Below are positions 1 to 12,739 of a DNA stretch of 64,000 bases, in pieces. The DNA comes from Octopus vulgaris (lineage: Eukaryota), in contig OX597814.1 of the NCBI GenBank assembly GCA_951406725.2, forward strand, positions 165,354,001-165,418,000, written 5' to 3'. The translations under genes and the position numbers were made by a program. Under the pieces are notes generated by a model, which saw only the letters and a list, made by a program, of their open reading frames with translations, was not told the DNA's origin and searched no databases. Position 1 is the first letter of the stretch. The number at the start of each line of letters is the position of its first letter.

Positions 1-269
1 TGTGAGTATGTGTGTGTATGTGTGTGCATGTACAAGGGAAATATGTGAATGTATGTGTGATTATTATGTACCTTATTTTTACCTTATTTATTTATAAAAT
101 ACTACAATTAGCCATCATTATTGATGGCACGTGGTTAGCTAGTGTAAATTATACTCTTTTAACTCTATACATAACCCATGCAAATTGAAATGACCATGTT
201 AAAGCTGAGATCAAGTACTTTAGGAAGATCATTATTGATATAACTACCTTTCTGCTCTACTTCACTCCA

Positions 270-410
270 CCTCTGCCACCACCATCACAACACTACCACT
301 ATCGTTACCATCACCACCGACACCACCACCATCACCACCAAAACCAACACCATCCCCAACACCACCACCACCACCACCACTGTTGTTAGCACTACAGTCA
401 CCACCACAAT
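270..410. repeat. degenerate (CAC/ACC)n microsatellite
   Basis: Runs of caccaccaccaccatcacc. Confidence 0.8.
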
Positions 411-882
411 GTAGAAGCTTTATAAGTTTTTCCATATTTTATGCCAGCTATGCTTTGTTGATGGCTAAGCAAGTATGATTGTATTTATATACATTCAAGT
501 TTGTGTGTGTGTGTGTATTATAAATATATGCAATATGTCTATATGAATGTGTTATGTATGATGTATGAGAGGAATAATTATTTTAGCTAGACATATTGTA
601 TTGGATATCTTGCCAGAAGTTTAAAGTATTTTCTGCTCCAATAGTCAGTTCTTACAAATTCCACTAAACCAGCTATATAAACAGTCTCAATCCATAGGTA
701 TTGTTACTATATAATTATTATTATTAAATATGTGAATGTGAATCTACACACAGGTAGAATAATCCTTTTCTGAATAAAGGAGACATTGTTCCAGCACATA
801 TGTCTCGTTTCCATACTGTTAAGTAGATAAAAGACAAGTATTGCCCTATATAACACCATAAGTAAGAATTGAACTTGACAAC

Positions 883-1444
883 ATCATCATCATCATCATT
901 GTTTAACGTCCGCTTTCCATGCTAGCATGGGTTGGACGATTTGACTGAGGGCTGGCGAACCAGATGTCTGCACCAGGCTTCAATCTTGATCTGGCAGAGT
1001 TTCTACAGCTGGATGCCCTTCCCAACGCCAACCACTCTGAGAGTGTAGTGGGTACTTTTACGTGTCACTAGCATGGGGCCAGTCAGGCGGTACTGGCAAC
1101 GACCTCGCTCGAATCTTTTACACATGCCATTGGCACAGGTGCCAGTAAGGCGATGCTGGTAACGATCACACTCGAATGGTGTCTTTTACATGCCACCGGC
1201 ACGGAGGCCAGATAGCCACTCTGGCAACAATCACACTCGGATGGTGCTCTTAATACCCTACTAGCACAGGGCTCAAGTGCCAGTAAGGCGATGCTGGTAA
1301 CAATCACACTCAAATGGTGCCTTTTAAGTGCCACTGTTACGGAAGCCGGTTAGCAGCTCTGTCAATGATCACACTCATATGGTGCTCTTTGCACCCCACT
1401 AGCACGGACGCCAGTCATCGAATTCGATTTTGATTTTGATTTCA
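883..1444 (-). mobile_element. 3'-end-only copy of the RTE LINE family (SINE-like), with tandem 3'UTR units
   Basis: (CAT)n tail then tttaacgtccgctttccatgctagcatgggttggacg, the reverse complement of the LINE 3' end at 52021-52083; flanked by ACAACAT direct repeat (878-884/1445-1451). Confidence 0.85.
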
Positions 1445-1511
1445 CAACATGAAAATTAATGAAATTTTCAACAGTATTACTACCTATCACATTCTTGTGA
1501 TATCTGCTTAC

Positions 1512-1726
1512 AGAATGATGTGCTTTTGAGCCTTTCAATGCCACCACCTGGTCCTTGGATATTTTCAGTAGAGTCCGCTTTGTTGAAAACATTCAAATTA
1601 GGTTTGGTTTGTGGAAAGTGGACCTTTGAATTGTGTCACTGCAGTAAACCATGAGCCCTTCCTTTTCACTATCAATTTTGGAGATCCTCAATTGGTCATG
1701 GGTACTGCTCTTCTCTTTCGGTGAAG
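1512..1726 (-). other. candidate host-gene exon (215 nt)
   Basis: Non-repetitive; minus-strand acceptor ttttgtag and donor gtaagc; one frame open except a single TGA; no recognisable protein. Confidence 0.35.
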
Positions 1727-1851
1727 CTACAAAATCCAAATATCTTAGTTACAGAAACAATGCATTGCAAAGAGAGGATGTATCTACCAGCCTCACAACT
1801 AGGTATTGCTGTTGTTATTGTAGATTAGTGAAGGTGCATAGCTGATGAATC

Positions 1852-2032
1852 ACTGGTCCCAAGCTGTATCAGCATTTGCCTTACACTTGGATAACATCAA
1901 TGGCATGGAGAGGGGAAACTGGTATGCATGGGCAACTGCTGGTCTTCCATAAACAACCTTGCCCAGATCTGTGCCTCTGAGAGGAACTTTCTAGGTGCAA
2001 TCCCATGGTTATTCATGACCGAAGGGGGTCTC
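1852..2032 (+). mobile_element. 3' half of tRNA-derived SINE family S2
   Basis: Matches the 3' half of the copies at 43176 and 54611 (ctgctggtcttccataaacaaccttgcc...ggtgcaatcccatgg). Confidence 0.75.
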
Positions 2033-2664
2033 TTACTGTAGATTAAACAGAATTATGCTCAAAAGCATTTCAAATGTATCCATTGTGACTATTCTATATT
2101 TTTCCAGCCTAATTGACAACAATATTCAATATGTCCTTCTTTTCTTTAAAGACAGCAGGCTGTAATTTGTGAGAGATTTTGTCAGAGCTGTCTTAAGAAA
2201 TGGGCACACAAAGAAGTCCTTAGAGGCCCCAAGAGCCAAGGTGTCTTATACTAATCTATGTATGCTGTGGTTTAGGTTCCAGAACATTGCTTTGCCTGGA
2301 GGCCTATAATGTTAAGACAATCCAGGAGTTTGTTACAATTTCTAGTAGATTAGGCAGCCATGTGTGTGCCTTTGCATTGGCTTATCTCACAAGTGGCTTT
2401 CTTGTACACCTTTGACTTAGCCAACAAGTATCTCTGTGAGTTAACAAAACATCAAGCTTAAAGTATTGCCAAATTTATACAATGTCACATTTATGCAGTG
2501 ACACATTTGCACAGAGCAAATTAGGTGACCTGGGCATTGATAGCGAAATATTTGCATATCAGACTGCACTCAGATTCATGAGAGGCTATGAAATGATGAA
2601 GAGGAAATCATGCCACCAGCCTATTAATGTTTTATATCCGTTTATACATTATTTGTATTTGTGA

Positions 2665-3150
2665 GTGTGCAGGCATATGTTTATTTCACTCATGTGCCTG
2701 TCTGTGTGTGCCTTCATGCGTGCATATGTGTATCTCCTTGCGTGCGTGCATGCATGTGCCTCCTAGTGTGTGTGTGTGTGCATGTGTGTGTGTGTATGTG
2801 TGTGTGCATGTGTGTGTGTGTATGTGTGTGCATATGTGTGTGTGCATATGTGTGTGTGCATGTGCCTCCTAGTGTGCGTACGCGCATGAGCGTGCATGCA
2901 TATGTGTATGTGTGTGTGTATGTATGCATGTGTGTGGGTGTACATATATATCTTTGTAACTGTATATGCATGTTTTGGGTATACGTGTGTATGTTTGTGT
3001 GTATGTATATGTACATGTGGGTGTATGTGTGCATGTGTATTTATGTATATATCCATATGTTTACTGATGGGCATGCATGTGGGTATGGTTTTATATGTAT
3101 ATGTGCGTGTGTACATGTATATTCATGTGTATGTGTCCATGTGTGTGGTT
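2665..3150. repeat. compound (TG)n/(TATG)n/(CATG)n microsatellite
   Basis: Directly visible; source of the CV/HT ORFs. Confidence 0.9.
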
Positions 3151-3419
3151 TCTACAGCTTGATGACCTTTCCTATACCAGACACTAATGCTGACCCATGC
3201 AATCATAGAAAAGCAGACATTTAAATGATGATGAAAATCTCCAGGTTAGAGTTTTTTTCCTATTTCCAATATCCATCCTATTATTTTGTAGGCCATTAGA
3301 TTTCCTAGTGAGGTCCCATCATGTTACATAATGTACCAAATGCATAGGGAACCAGTGGAGATATCTAGTTCTGGACCCAATAACACAAGCGGGGCTAGTA
3401 TTAGCAAAAATCTTTGTAG

Positions 3420-3843
3420 CAGCAGTGGAAATAAAACCTGCCCATTCAATTACCAATATTTAAAGGAAAATATAGTGTACAGGTGTAGGGTTACATCAGG
3501 TTGAATGACACACTTTTATATTTGAACGTGCTTGACAAATTTCAAGGCAAGATTAGCAAATCATTTAACTTCATTTAGAGATGTGGAAGAAAATGATTAG
3601 CACAAGTGTATGTTTATCACATCCCTTAAGGATAAGAGCACTGACTTTAATATAGAATGGGAAATAATAGGCATAGCTGAACCTTTTATAATTGGGGGGA
3701 AAATATGCAATTTATCCATAGTAGAAATAGTCTATATTTTCATATCCAAACACCAGCTGCTTAACAGTAGGCAAGAACAAGGCCTGAGATGCTCACACCT
3801 TTACAAAAAGGCATTTGAATACTTGCATAGAAAAGATTTTTAG
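3420..3843 (+). mobile_element. Penelope-like element, decayed GIY-YIG endonuclease region
   Basis: Translation with stops: CPFNYQYLKENIVYRCRV...FKARLANHLTSF...LKDKSTDFNIEWEII...CNLSIVE...LLNSRQE...CSH, matching the PLE C-terminal motif order. Confidence 0.75.
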
Positions 3844-4342
3844 TTAAGTAAGCATCACAAAAAGTGAGATGTGCCTGAGTTTATATGATAATTGTCAATG
3901 TAGTATCTGCTTCACCTAGTAATTAATATTCTTCATACGTTAAGCTACATGTTTGAAAAGTCCTGCAACACATACAATGAAGAAACTACATTTAAATTAA
4001 AACTTGATTTATAAAAAGAATTATTCAGGATGACCGCATAAAGTACGTTCTACATATTTTAATTTCATATAAAGTAGTGACCAATAACCGTATGCAATAT
4101 TGAAATTCACTAATTTCCATTCCACTGAATGTTCGTGTTTCTTAAAATAATACATTCTGACCTAATTAAAGCACTACTATTTTTACTTGGAAATTCAAAC
4201 CTGGGGTCAGCAGAAAGTCAACATTATAACAGTCTTTATAGCCATATTAGATTTCCAAACTTTCTTCTCATATTCTTTGCACTCAAAAACTAGTCCCATA
4301 GTAAATACATGTCTAGCCAAAACTACGTAAACTTAGTTAGCT

Positions 4343-4622
4343 TCATCATCATCATCATCATCATCATCGTTTAATGTCCGTTTTCCGTGCTAGCATGTGT
4401 TGGGTGGTTCGACCAGGGTCTGGGAAGCCAGGAGGCTGCACCAGGCTCCAGTCTGATCTGGCAATGTTTCTACAGCTGGATGCCCTTCCTAACGCCAACC
4501 ACTCCGTCAGTGTAGCGGGTGCTTTTTACATGTCACCAGCACAGAAGCCAGTCAAGGCAGCGCTGGCATTGGCCACATTCGAATGATGCTTTTTACGTGC
4601 CACCGGCACAGGTATCACAACT
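4343..4622 (-). mobile_element. 3'-end-only copy of the RTE LINE family
   Basis: (CAT)n tail plus the conserved RTE 3' end; one full 67-bp UTR unit. Confidence 0.85.
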
Positions 4623-4850
4623 TCAACCTATGTTAATGGGTGGACCTTGAATAAAGATGCATAAACTAATCACTAGTTGAAAAAAACTGGATGCAAGTGC
4701 AATTGCAAGATGTCTATGCAAAAAAACGTGTGTTGGTCCAAATTAAAATCAAATATGCTGAAATTCACTGCAGAAATAATAAAAAAGAATATACTGATGT
4801 ACTAATCTCCATATTCATTGTTTCTGTATTTGATGTGTGTGTGTGTGTAA

Positions 4851-4904
<54 letters not shown>

Positions 4905-5141
4905 GTAGGGAATATAAAATTCCAAACTTACAGGGAAAAATTTAATTTAGCAATACTAAATCAAATTTCACAATATATAATATATATGTAAATAATTAAG
5001 AGCCAAAACCTCTACTTAGTAATTCAATTAATAATGTTTTTTTTTAATTTAGTGATTTTTAGAATATTTGTTATAATATATTTAAAATCTTTCTATATGA
5101 TTTATTAATTGAATTATTCAATAGAAGTTTTGTCTCTTAAT

Positions 5142-5197
<56 letters not shown>

Positions 5198-6199
5198 CAA
5201 ACTTCTCTTTTCTTCCTCACATTTCCGCTTTTTCATGCACTATGTCTGTGCTTATCTCTTGCTCCCCCCATTCAGTCCTCACTGCCCTTCTCACTGTATC
5301 ACTGCTATCCTGTTGTCCCCCACTTCGTCTATATACCCACGTTTCACAAGTCCTTGCATTCCCCACCCCTACATTCTTTGCATTCATGTGAATTTTATTG
5401 TGTACCTGTTGAAGATACAGTGGAGAACTGAAAACAAACGACACCGCTTGTATCACAGTGACATTCATTTACAACTCTCATGCTATGTCAAGACATGGAA
5501 GCACACACACAAACACACATGTACATATATGTGGAGGGTGTATAAAGAAGTGGTTTTAAGGGTCAGATTAAGTACATTCTGCTAGAAGAACAGAGGTACC
5601 TTACCAGCAAGATCAATTATTTCCATAGAAGGAAAAATATTAGTAAGACTCAACCTTTCTATTCCACATCCAACAAATAGTAACAACATAGAACGTAATT
5701 TTAAAAATAACACACATAGAACGTAATTTTAAAAATAACACACATAGAACTGAATATGTACTAACGGCACGTCCTAAAAACTATAAATACATAATAGAAA
5801 ATAAAATTAGTAAACCTCAAAACTCAGATGAAGTTCAACAAGATCTAACTAAATATATAGAAGCACCCTAATAGGACAACACAAATATCTTAGGGTTCAC
5901 ACTATATGGTAACGGGTATGTTAAACACTAAGGCCTGGTACAGGAAAATAACCCCCAATATATGCCTATAAAATTCAAAAATAAAAAAAGTAGATATTAT
6001 TATTTCTCATAATCATAACTCTCAAAAAAAAAAACAGTGCCAAACCGAAACCCTAAAATAAACAACAGCAAAATATCAAGTAAAATCTCTACTAGTCCTA
6101 ATTTCAAAGTCACTAACCAATTAAAACCTATAGAAAACCATAAAGTAATATACCATCTAGATAAAATATCCTCGGATATAGAGATTTGTAAGAAGGTCA

Positions 6200-6340
6200 G
6201 GAAATACTCTTGACAAAAAATTGTTGCTTCTAATATACCTAAGTTATTCTAAACAAAAAAGAAATTCCCCGACCATAAATACCACTGTATCTTCAACAGG
6301 TACACAATAAAATTCTCATACTCAATAACTTCAAACCATT
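6200..6340 (+). mobile_element. Penelope-like fragment (RT-endonuclease linker)
   Basis: Encodes FPDHKYHCIFNRYTIKFSYS, similar to the PLE motif FP..H...KIFN..T.K.SYS; the A-rich flank at about 5600-6530 probably belongs to it. Confidence 0.6.
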
Positions 6341-6540
6341 GACTTCTCAAACGTATCTAAATTTAACTAATATATCAAGCAAAACATCTGTATGGAAAAC
6401 CACACTAACTTCCCGACACATGAAGGTAGTGCCGCAAATCTTAACTCAGATTAATTTCTTAACATTCACCAAATAGAGGAGCATCATACAGCTAATAACA
6501 GGAATGGTGAAGATAAACCTGTAATCATCCACTAATGAAA

Positions 6541-6564
6541 TACTACTACTACTACTACTACTAC

Positions 6565-6627
<63 letters not shown>

Positions 6628-6649
6628 TAATAATAATAATAATAATAAC

Positions 6650-6683
<34 letters not shown>
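6541..6683. repeat. (TAC)n/(TAA)n microsatellite
   Basis: Directly visible. Confidence 0.95.
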
Positions 6684-7023
6684 GTAGTGGGGGAGCATCA
6701 TAGCCATGTGTTGAGAAGGATTCTTTGGGGTTTGAATAATTCACCTCTGGAAACATGGGTGTTTCGTTCAACGTCCTTAAACAACCCTTATTCAGGGACC
6801 TTTTGAGCGGGATGGGTTACTCGATCTGAAGAAAATTCTAACTGGGCTCCACCTGCAAGGTCATGTGCTGTTTATCTTGATATGAGATCACCATGTCGCG
6901 CACATATGGTTGTGATGCATGTGCCTGGTGTACCCTTATCAGACGGGTAGTCATGATGGGTATACTGGGCTTCGTATATTTTACCCCAGTGTCACTTTGA
7001 TGGCATGCTCTGCTCGCTCACTC

Positions 7024-7076
<53 letters not shown>

Positions 7077-7092
7077 TAATAATAATAATAAC

Positions 7093-7127
<35 letters not shown>
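6684..7127 (+). mobile_element. 3' UTR fragment of an (AAT)n-tailed non-LTR element, probably R4/Dong-like
   Basis: Embedded in (TAA)n and ends in (AAT)n; the same 3' end is present inverted at 63225-63333, also in (ATT)n. Confidence 0.6.
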
Positions 7128-7129
<2 letters not shown>

Positions 7130-7295
7130 CTTGAGAAGTACATGGAACAAATAGGGGCTGCAAATTAGGGTGGCGCACTTGCAGAAAACTGCACTCGAAT
7201 ACTCCAGAAGGTGCTCGAAAAATAGGGGGTATTACCTTAGTTCACTGGTAGTGAACACCGTAGTACATCTCCAGCTTTAGAAGCTGTGCAAAGGC

Positions 7296-7345
<50 letters not shown>
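7128..7345 (+). mobile_element. R4/Dong-clade LINE 3' fragment
   Basis: LEKYMEQIG...LQKTA..RILQKVLEK* (across frameshifts) resembles the R4/Dong C-terminal motif LQK.ALLGTARILRKVL; short UTR then (AAT)n; sits inside (TAA)n. Confidence 0.65.
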
Positions 7346-7347
<2 letters not shown>

Positions 7348-7552
7348 CTTTCAAATTTTGGCACAAGGCCAGCAATTTCGGAAAGGGGCTAAGTCGATTA
7401 AATCGATCCTAGTGCTCGACTAGTATCTATTTTATCCACCTCGAAAGGGTGAAAGGTAAAGATGACCCCGGCGACATTTGAATCCCGAATGTAAAGACGA
7501 ACGAAATGCTGTTAAGCATTTTCCCGGCGTTCTAAGATTCTCCCAACTCAAT
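7348..7552 (-). mobile_element. SINE family S4, diverged
   Basis: Reverse complement of the S4 copy at 22109 (central gcctttcatcctttcggggtcgataaa domain). Confidence 0.7.
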
Positions 7553-7935
7553 CGCTAAAAGCAGACGTGGTGACTCTGGGCGAATCCACTATTGTCACAT
7601 CCATAACAAAACACACACACATACACACACACACACATACACACACATGCACACACACACACACACATACACACACTAACAATAATACCAACACAACACT
7701 TCCCCATATGCTTAAATGTCAAAGTTCAAATAAATGTCAAACAAACAGATAAACAGCACTGTCGGATTTTATAAATGCTCTCATAATGAAAATACACCCG
7801 ATAACACTCGCAATACAAATACTAACGCTATGGAAGTAAAGAACAAAAATACCAATTTGAAAAACTACTAATCTAAATTCACCTCACGCAAATGTAATTG
7901 TAGAATAGCCACTATAGATGGTGTGGTGGTCTGGA

Positions 7936-8592
7936 ACGTCGTGGGTCACCATTTTAGATGGGTAGGTTGTTGAGCCATCTAACGTGACTCACTCAGAAGG
8001 CTGTGACCTCATTTGGTAGTAAACCGGGTATGAAGAAATACATGGAACAAGGTGATAACTTTAAATGTCTTTAATGCCGGTCTCACGTGTATATACACAC
8101 TTAATGATAAATGGAAGTGGTTGATGGACATTTATTCATATATCTACATGCATCTGCATGGGTTGTGTGTTTGCTGTTAACTCTGGTGAGAAGCTCACGA
8201 ATAGCGGTATGTGCAATGTATTGGTGCTGTGTAGATGTTATTGACGACGTTGGTGAGAGACATGATTGTGGCGACGAAGATAGAAGTCGCTGCAATGTGG
8301 TCAGTGGTTAGACCTTAGAAGGTCTGGAACCAACAGACGTTGAGACTAGAAGGAGGTGAGTTTTTATAGCTGATGGTAGGCTCAAATGCTGTTTGGAACA
8401 GATTGTCTCACGTGATTTATTCGAAGGCTGCAATTGGTTAGGTTGCATATTGGCGCACGACAGAGTAAGAGACAAATTGCGCCAATACCAACTAATCAGA
8501 GTGGTAGACACAACGGGGTCCAAAACAGCCTCCAAAGGTTAGCTGTTACCTGCTATATAATAGAGAGAGGAAGTTCGCTAGAGTTCGCTACA
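7936..8592 (-). mobile_element. LTR relic with tRNA-Trp-like primer binding site
   Basis: Minus strand: starts TGTAGC (8592), TATAAAAA (8361-8368), ATTAAA (8070-8075), then TGGTGACCC(A)CGACGT (7951-7936). Confidence 0.55.
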
Positions 8593-9189
8593 GACAGCAC
8601 CTCCCCACCTCAAGTCATTTTGTGGGAGACAAAATAGACGATAAAAGAAAGATTTCTGTAGCAGCAAAGAAAGGTGTCCAATCAAACAGAACAAAGTATA
8701 TATGTACAATGATACAGAAAGAGAGAAAATATGAACGCGAGTAACTAGCGAGGCAAAGTTAAGAAACGTAAATAGTCTGAGACACAGAACGTCTAACACG
8801 CAAATGTGATAACTACTGTCCAGGAAACTGAAAATCACAGGGTGCGAACGTCAACGTGCTTGAGATGCAATGTTGGCTGCTGAGGCGTGAACAGTACCAA
8901 GGCTTTGCCTGCAAGGGCAGTGAGACGCTTATAGGGAAAAAAGTGTTGTTAGTCTGCAAGAGCGGTGGGTTGCTTGCAGAGGATAGTGTTGTGAGCCTCT
9001 TGTAGAGGGTGGAGGTGCTAGCATGCAGAAGCAATGAGAAAGCAACTAAAATCCTAGAATGTGGTGCTTGTGTGTATGAACATTGAAACAAGTTAACATA
9101 TAATATACACAGTATACAAAAATATGTACATACATAGGTAAGGTCCTGAAAAAGGAAGTGATACGCAAAGAAAAGTGAAAGAAAAAAAC

Positions 9190-9361
9190 AGGCGCAGGAG
9201 TGGCTGTGTGGTAAGTAGCTTGCTAACCAACCACATGGTTCCGGGTTCAGTCCCACTGCGTGGCATCTTGGGCAAGTGACTTCTGCTATAGCCCTGGGCC
9301 GACCAATGCCTTCTGAGTGGATTTGGTAGACGGAAACTGAAAGAAGCCTGTCGTATATATG

Positions 9362-9392
<31 letters not shown>

Positions 9393-9595
9393 GTCTGTGT
9401 TTGTCCCCCTAACATTGCTTGACAACCGATGCTGGTGTGTTTACGTCCCCGTTAACTAGCGGTTCGGCAAAAGAGATCGATAGAATAAGTACTGGGCTTA
9501 CAAAGAATAAGTCCCGGGGTCGATTTGCTCGACTAAAGGCGGTGCTCCAGCATGGCCGCAGTCAAATGACTGAAACAAGTAAAAGAGTAAAAGAG
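9190..9595 (+). mobile_element. tRNA-derived SINE family S1, full length
   Basis: A-box/B-box-like head (tggctgtgtggt...gggttcagtccc), cttgggcaagt core, internal (TA)(TG) tract, gtaaaaga tail; more than 10 copies in the window. Confidence 0.9.
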
Positions 9596-9960
9596 AGAGA
9601 GACAACTGAAATGCAATACAATGCGCAGGCGAGGAAAAGTTCCAGTCTTTAAAGCAGAGGTCAATATATAAGTCCGAAGTGGCCAACACGTCTAAAAGTG
9701 TCATTCACGTGGTTGAGGAAGATAAATAACAGCAGCTCTCGCTGTGTCTGATGCAATGTCGTCCGGAGCAGAAGAAATACAAGCTCGTGAGAAAGACGAA
9801 GGAGCGCATTGAGGCAAAGGAACTCATTTTGACGATAATAGGAACGGAACGCAACGAAGAACAATCAGTTTGCAAGTGAGTGTCCTCTTTTTGCTGTTTC
9901 CAAACATCATTTCTATCTCCTTCATTAGTTTCTGTTGGTGAGACGTATAATGATTTGTAA

Positions 9961-10026
<66 letters not shown>

Positions 10027-10027
10027 A

Positions 10028-10062
<35 letters not shown>

Positions 10063-10215
10063 ATGTGTGTGTATGTATGTATGTGTGTATGTATGATGTA
10101 TGTATGTATGTATGTATGATGTATGTATGTATGTATGTATGTATGATGTATGTATGTGTATGTATGTATGTATGTATGATGTATGTATGTATGTATGTAT
10201 GTATGTATGTATGTC
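9961..10215. repeat. (TG)n/(TATG)n microsatellite
   Basis: Directly visible. Confidence 0.95.
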
Positions 10216-10319
10216 ATTCTTTAGTTTTATTTCAAGATTTCTTGCTAAAATAAAAAGAAAGAGCCGGTTTCTAACCTAGATCCAAGACTCCTTCATTGGA
10301 ATTTCAAAAACATCAACAA

Positions 10320-10705
10320 AGCGCAGGTGTTGCTCTGTGGTAAGAAGCTTGCTTCCCAACCTCAGGTTCTAGGTTTAGTCCCACTGCGTGGCACCTAGGT
10401 CAAGTGTCTTCTACTATAACCTCAGGCCAACCAAAACCTTGTGAGTGGATTTGGTAGACGGAAACTGAAAGAAGCTTGTTCCATATGTGTGTCTTTGTGT
10501 CTGTGTTTGTCCCTCCATCATCGCTTGACAACCAATGCTGGTGTGTTTACGTCCCCGTAACATAGCGGTTCGGCAAGTGTGACCGATAGAATAAGTACCA
10601 AGCTTACAGAGAATAAGTCCTGGGCTCGATTTGTTCGACAAAAAGGCGGTGCTCCAACATAGCCGCAGTCAGATGACTGAAACAAGTAAAAGAAAATAAA
10701 AAGAA
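10320..10705 (+). mobile_element. SINE family S1
   Basis: Colinear with 9190-9595. Confidence 0.88.
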
Positions 10706-10802
10706 ATGGTATTTTTGTATGAATGTATATATGCAGATTTGTATGTTTTATTTTATGTATGTATGCATTCTCATGCATATAGTTGCCTATCTAGACATGC
10801 AC

Positions 10803-10803
<1 letters not shown>

Positions 10804-10833
<30 letters not shown>

Positions 10834-10930
10834 TGTATGTATGTATGTATGTATGTATGTATGTATGTATGTATGTACTATGTATGTATGTATGTATGTA
10901 TGTATGCATGTATGTGTATGTGTATGTACT
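10804..10930. repeat. (TATG)n microsatellite
   Basis: Directly visible. Confidence 0.95.
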
Positions 10931-10943
10931 TATGTACGTAATC

Positions 10944-11250
10944 CCAATACCACATACATAACGTACGTGTGTTGTTTAAACGTCAGAAGCTGTGTTTTGT
11001 TTGTTTTTTTGTTATTTTTCCGTCTGAGAAAAATCCCTTTAAAGACGTCTGGTTTTTAAAATTACAGTATACTTTAGACCTAGGCGAAACGAAATCGCCC
11101 CAAAGTGAAGACTAGATCGGCGATGCAGTATTTCGTCATAATAGCGGTTTATCGATAGTCTCAAGTATATGCAAATAGTGTGTTAACTAGTTGCTGATTT
11201 GCAATTTCTGGCATTTAAACAACACACGTGTGTTATGTATACAGTATTGG
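10944..11250. mobile_element. MITE-like element with about 45-bp imperfect inverted repeats
   Basis: ccaataccacatacataacgtacgtgtgttgtttaaacgtcagaa matches the reverse complement of 11206-11250. Confidence 0.5.
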
Positions 11251-11280
11251 TAATGGTTACATGCGTAATTTGAATCCGTC

Positions 11281-11349
<69 letters not shown>

Positions 11350-11410
11350 CACACACACATACATATATACACATGTGTGTGTGTGTGTGTGTAAGCGATG
11401 CCTTGAAATG

Positions 11411-12325
11411 TGTAACGGCAGAAATTAAATTTGTAAACAATAATATGGAACGTCGGAGTCGTAACCAGTTTGTAAGGATTGGTTCTTCGTTGATAGCCAT
11501 TATGTAAAGATGAAAGAACAGTGAGTGAAGTTGTGAAGAAAATATTTGTTTTACCGTTACATTAAACAATACCTTGCCTCGACGGGCAGGTGTTAAAATC
11601 CCAAAGCATGTGAAGTAAAGATAGATGTCGTAGATTTTCCTTGTATAGTTTGTGTTTGTTTTCGTCATTGTGTAGTAGTAATTACAGATAGAAATAGAGT
11701 GATGTTGTAAGAGAAAATAAAATGACCTAGTGAGAGTGAGAGAGTGTGGGACGAAACAACTGCTTCGTTGGTGAGTTACCGTAGTTGTAATTTTTGTGCC
11801 CTTATCTCTAGAGACAGCGTTTTGTTCAGCCGGTCAGCCAGACTCCGTTCTCACGAACTCACTAACTAGAGTTGTTACTAACCGACTAACTGATTTTTGC
11901 TTGGGGGTTCTTGTTTTTATAACTATCCAGAAGATAGACATATCGTTGAGAACAATAGATTTAGTTGGTGATGTGTGATATCTTAATTCTAGCTTTTGGC
12001 AAAGTAGAAGAGGTTAGTAGGGTCAAGTGGTGAAGACATTATTTTGCTTAGCTAAGGCATCTGGCAAATGTAAAATTGCTGTCACAGAAAACTATTGTTT
12101 TACCGTGAGAAAAGTTCTGTTGAAGTGTTAATTTAAATTTGGCTATGGTGGATCGAATCCACTTTATGTGTTTCTTTCCATCTCACCGTTGTAGCTGGAG
12201 CAAGGAAAACGTGTTCTTGTCTGTCTCCTGTCCAAGCTTGATTTACGCGTTCGCCTCCACAACCACAACCTCGTTTAGGCTTAACAGCCCTTCCTGTTTC
12301 TTTTCACGGTCCTGTTTGTGTTACC
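11411..12325 (-). mobile_element. candidate solo LTR
   Basis: Ends TGTAAC.../...GTTACC, flanks aatg/aatt, minus-strand TATAAAAA near 11915-11922 followed by a tcagtt initiator-like motif; no ORF. Confidence 0.35.
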
Positions 12326-12606
12326 AATTTTGACCCTCCGCAAAATCCCAATACCACATTCGTTAAGTATATGGTATTGGAATTTTGCTTTGCAGGAGCA
12401 ACTGTTTTATCAAAAGCGTATATTGTTGTTAAATGCTCGAAATACGAGAGTAGAAAAACAGCCAACAACTGATGAAGAGTCGTTCTTTTTGTTGTTTGTC
12501 TTGTTTTCCATTTGTGTCTTTCGTTGCTCGTAAAAATAGTTCATATTCCATATGCTCGCACTTCGTATTTTTTAGTTGTACAGGTTTCATGACATCCTGT
12601 GCCAAC

Positions 12607-12637
<31 letters not shown>

Positions 12638-12739
12638 TGTATGTATGTATGTATGTATTTCGTGATTTCTTTTATTCTCTTACTTGTTTCAGTCATTTAT
12701 TGAACTCTACTATTTCCCTGTATTTAACTTTCTCATATC

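Noticed and set aside
4027-4055. Hammerhead-like remnant downstream of the PLE fragment (ggatgaccgcataaagtacgttc)
   Set aside because: Neither CUGANGA nor GAAA is intact and stems are not evident
6532-7178. Poly-Leu and poly-Asn ORFs (also 42506-42769 and 61826-62216)
   Set aside because: Trinucleotide repeats; no domain or splice support
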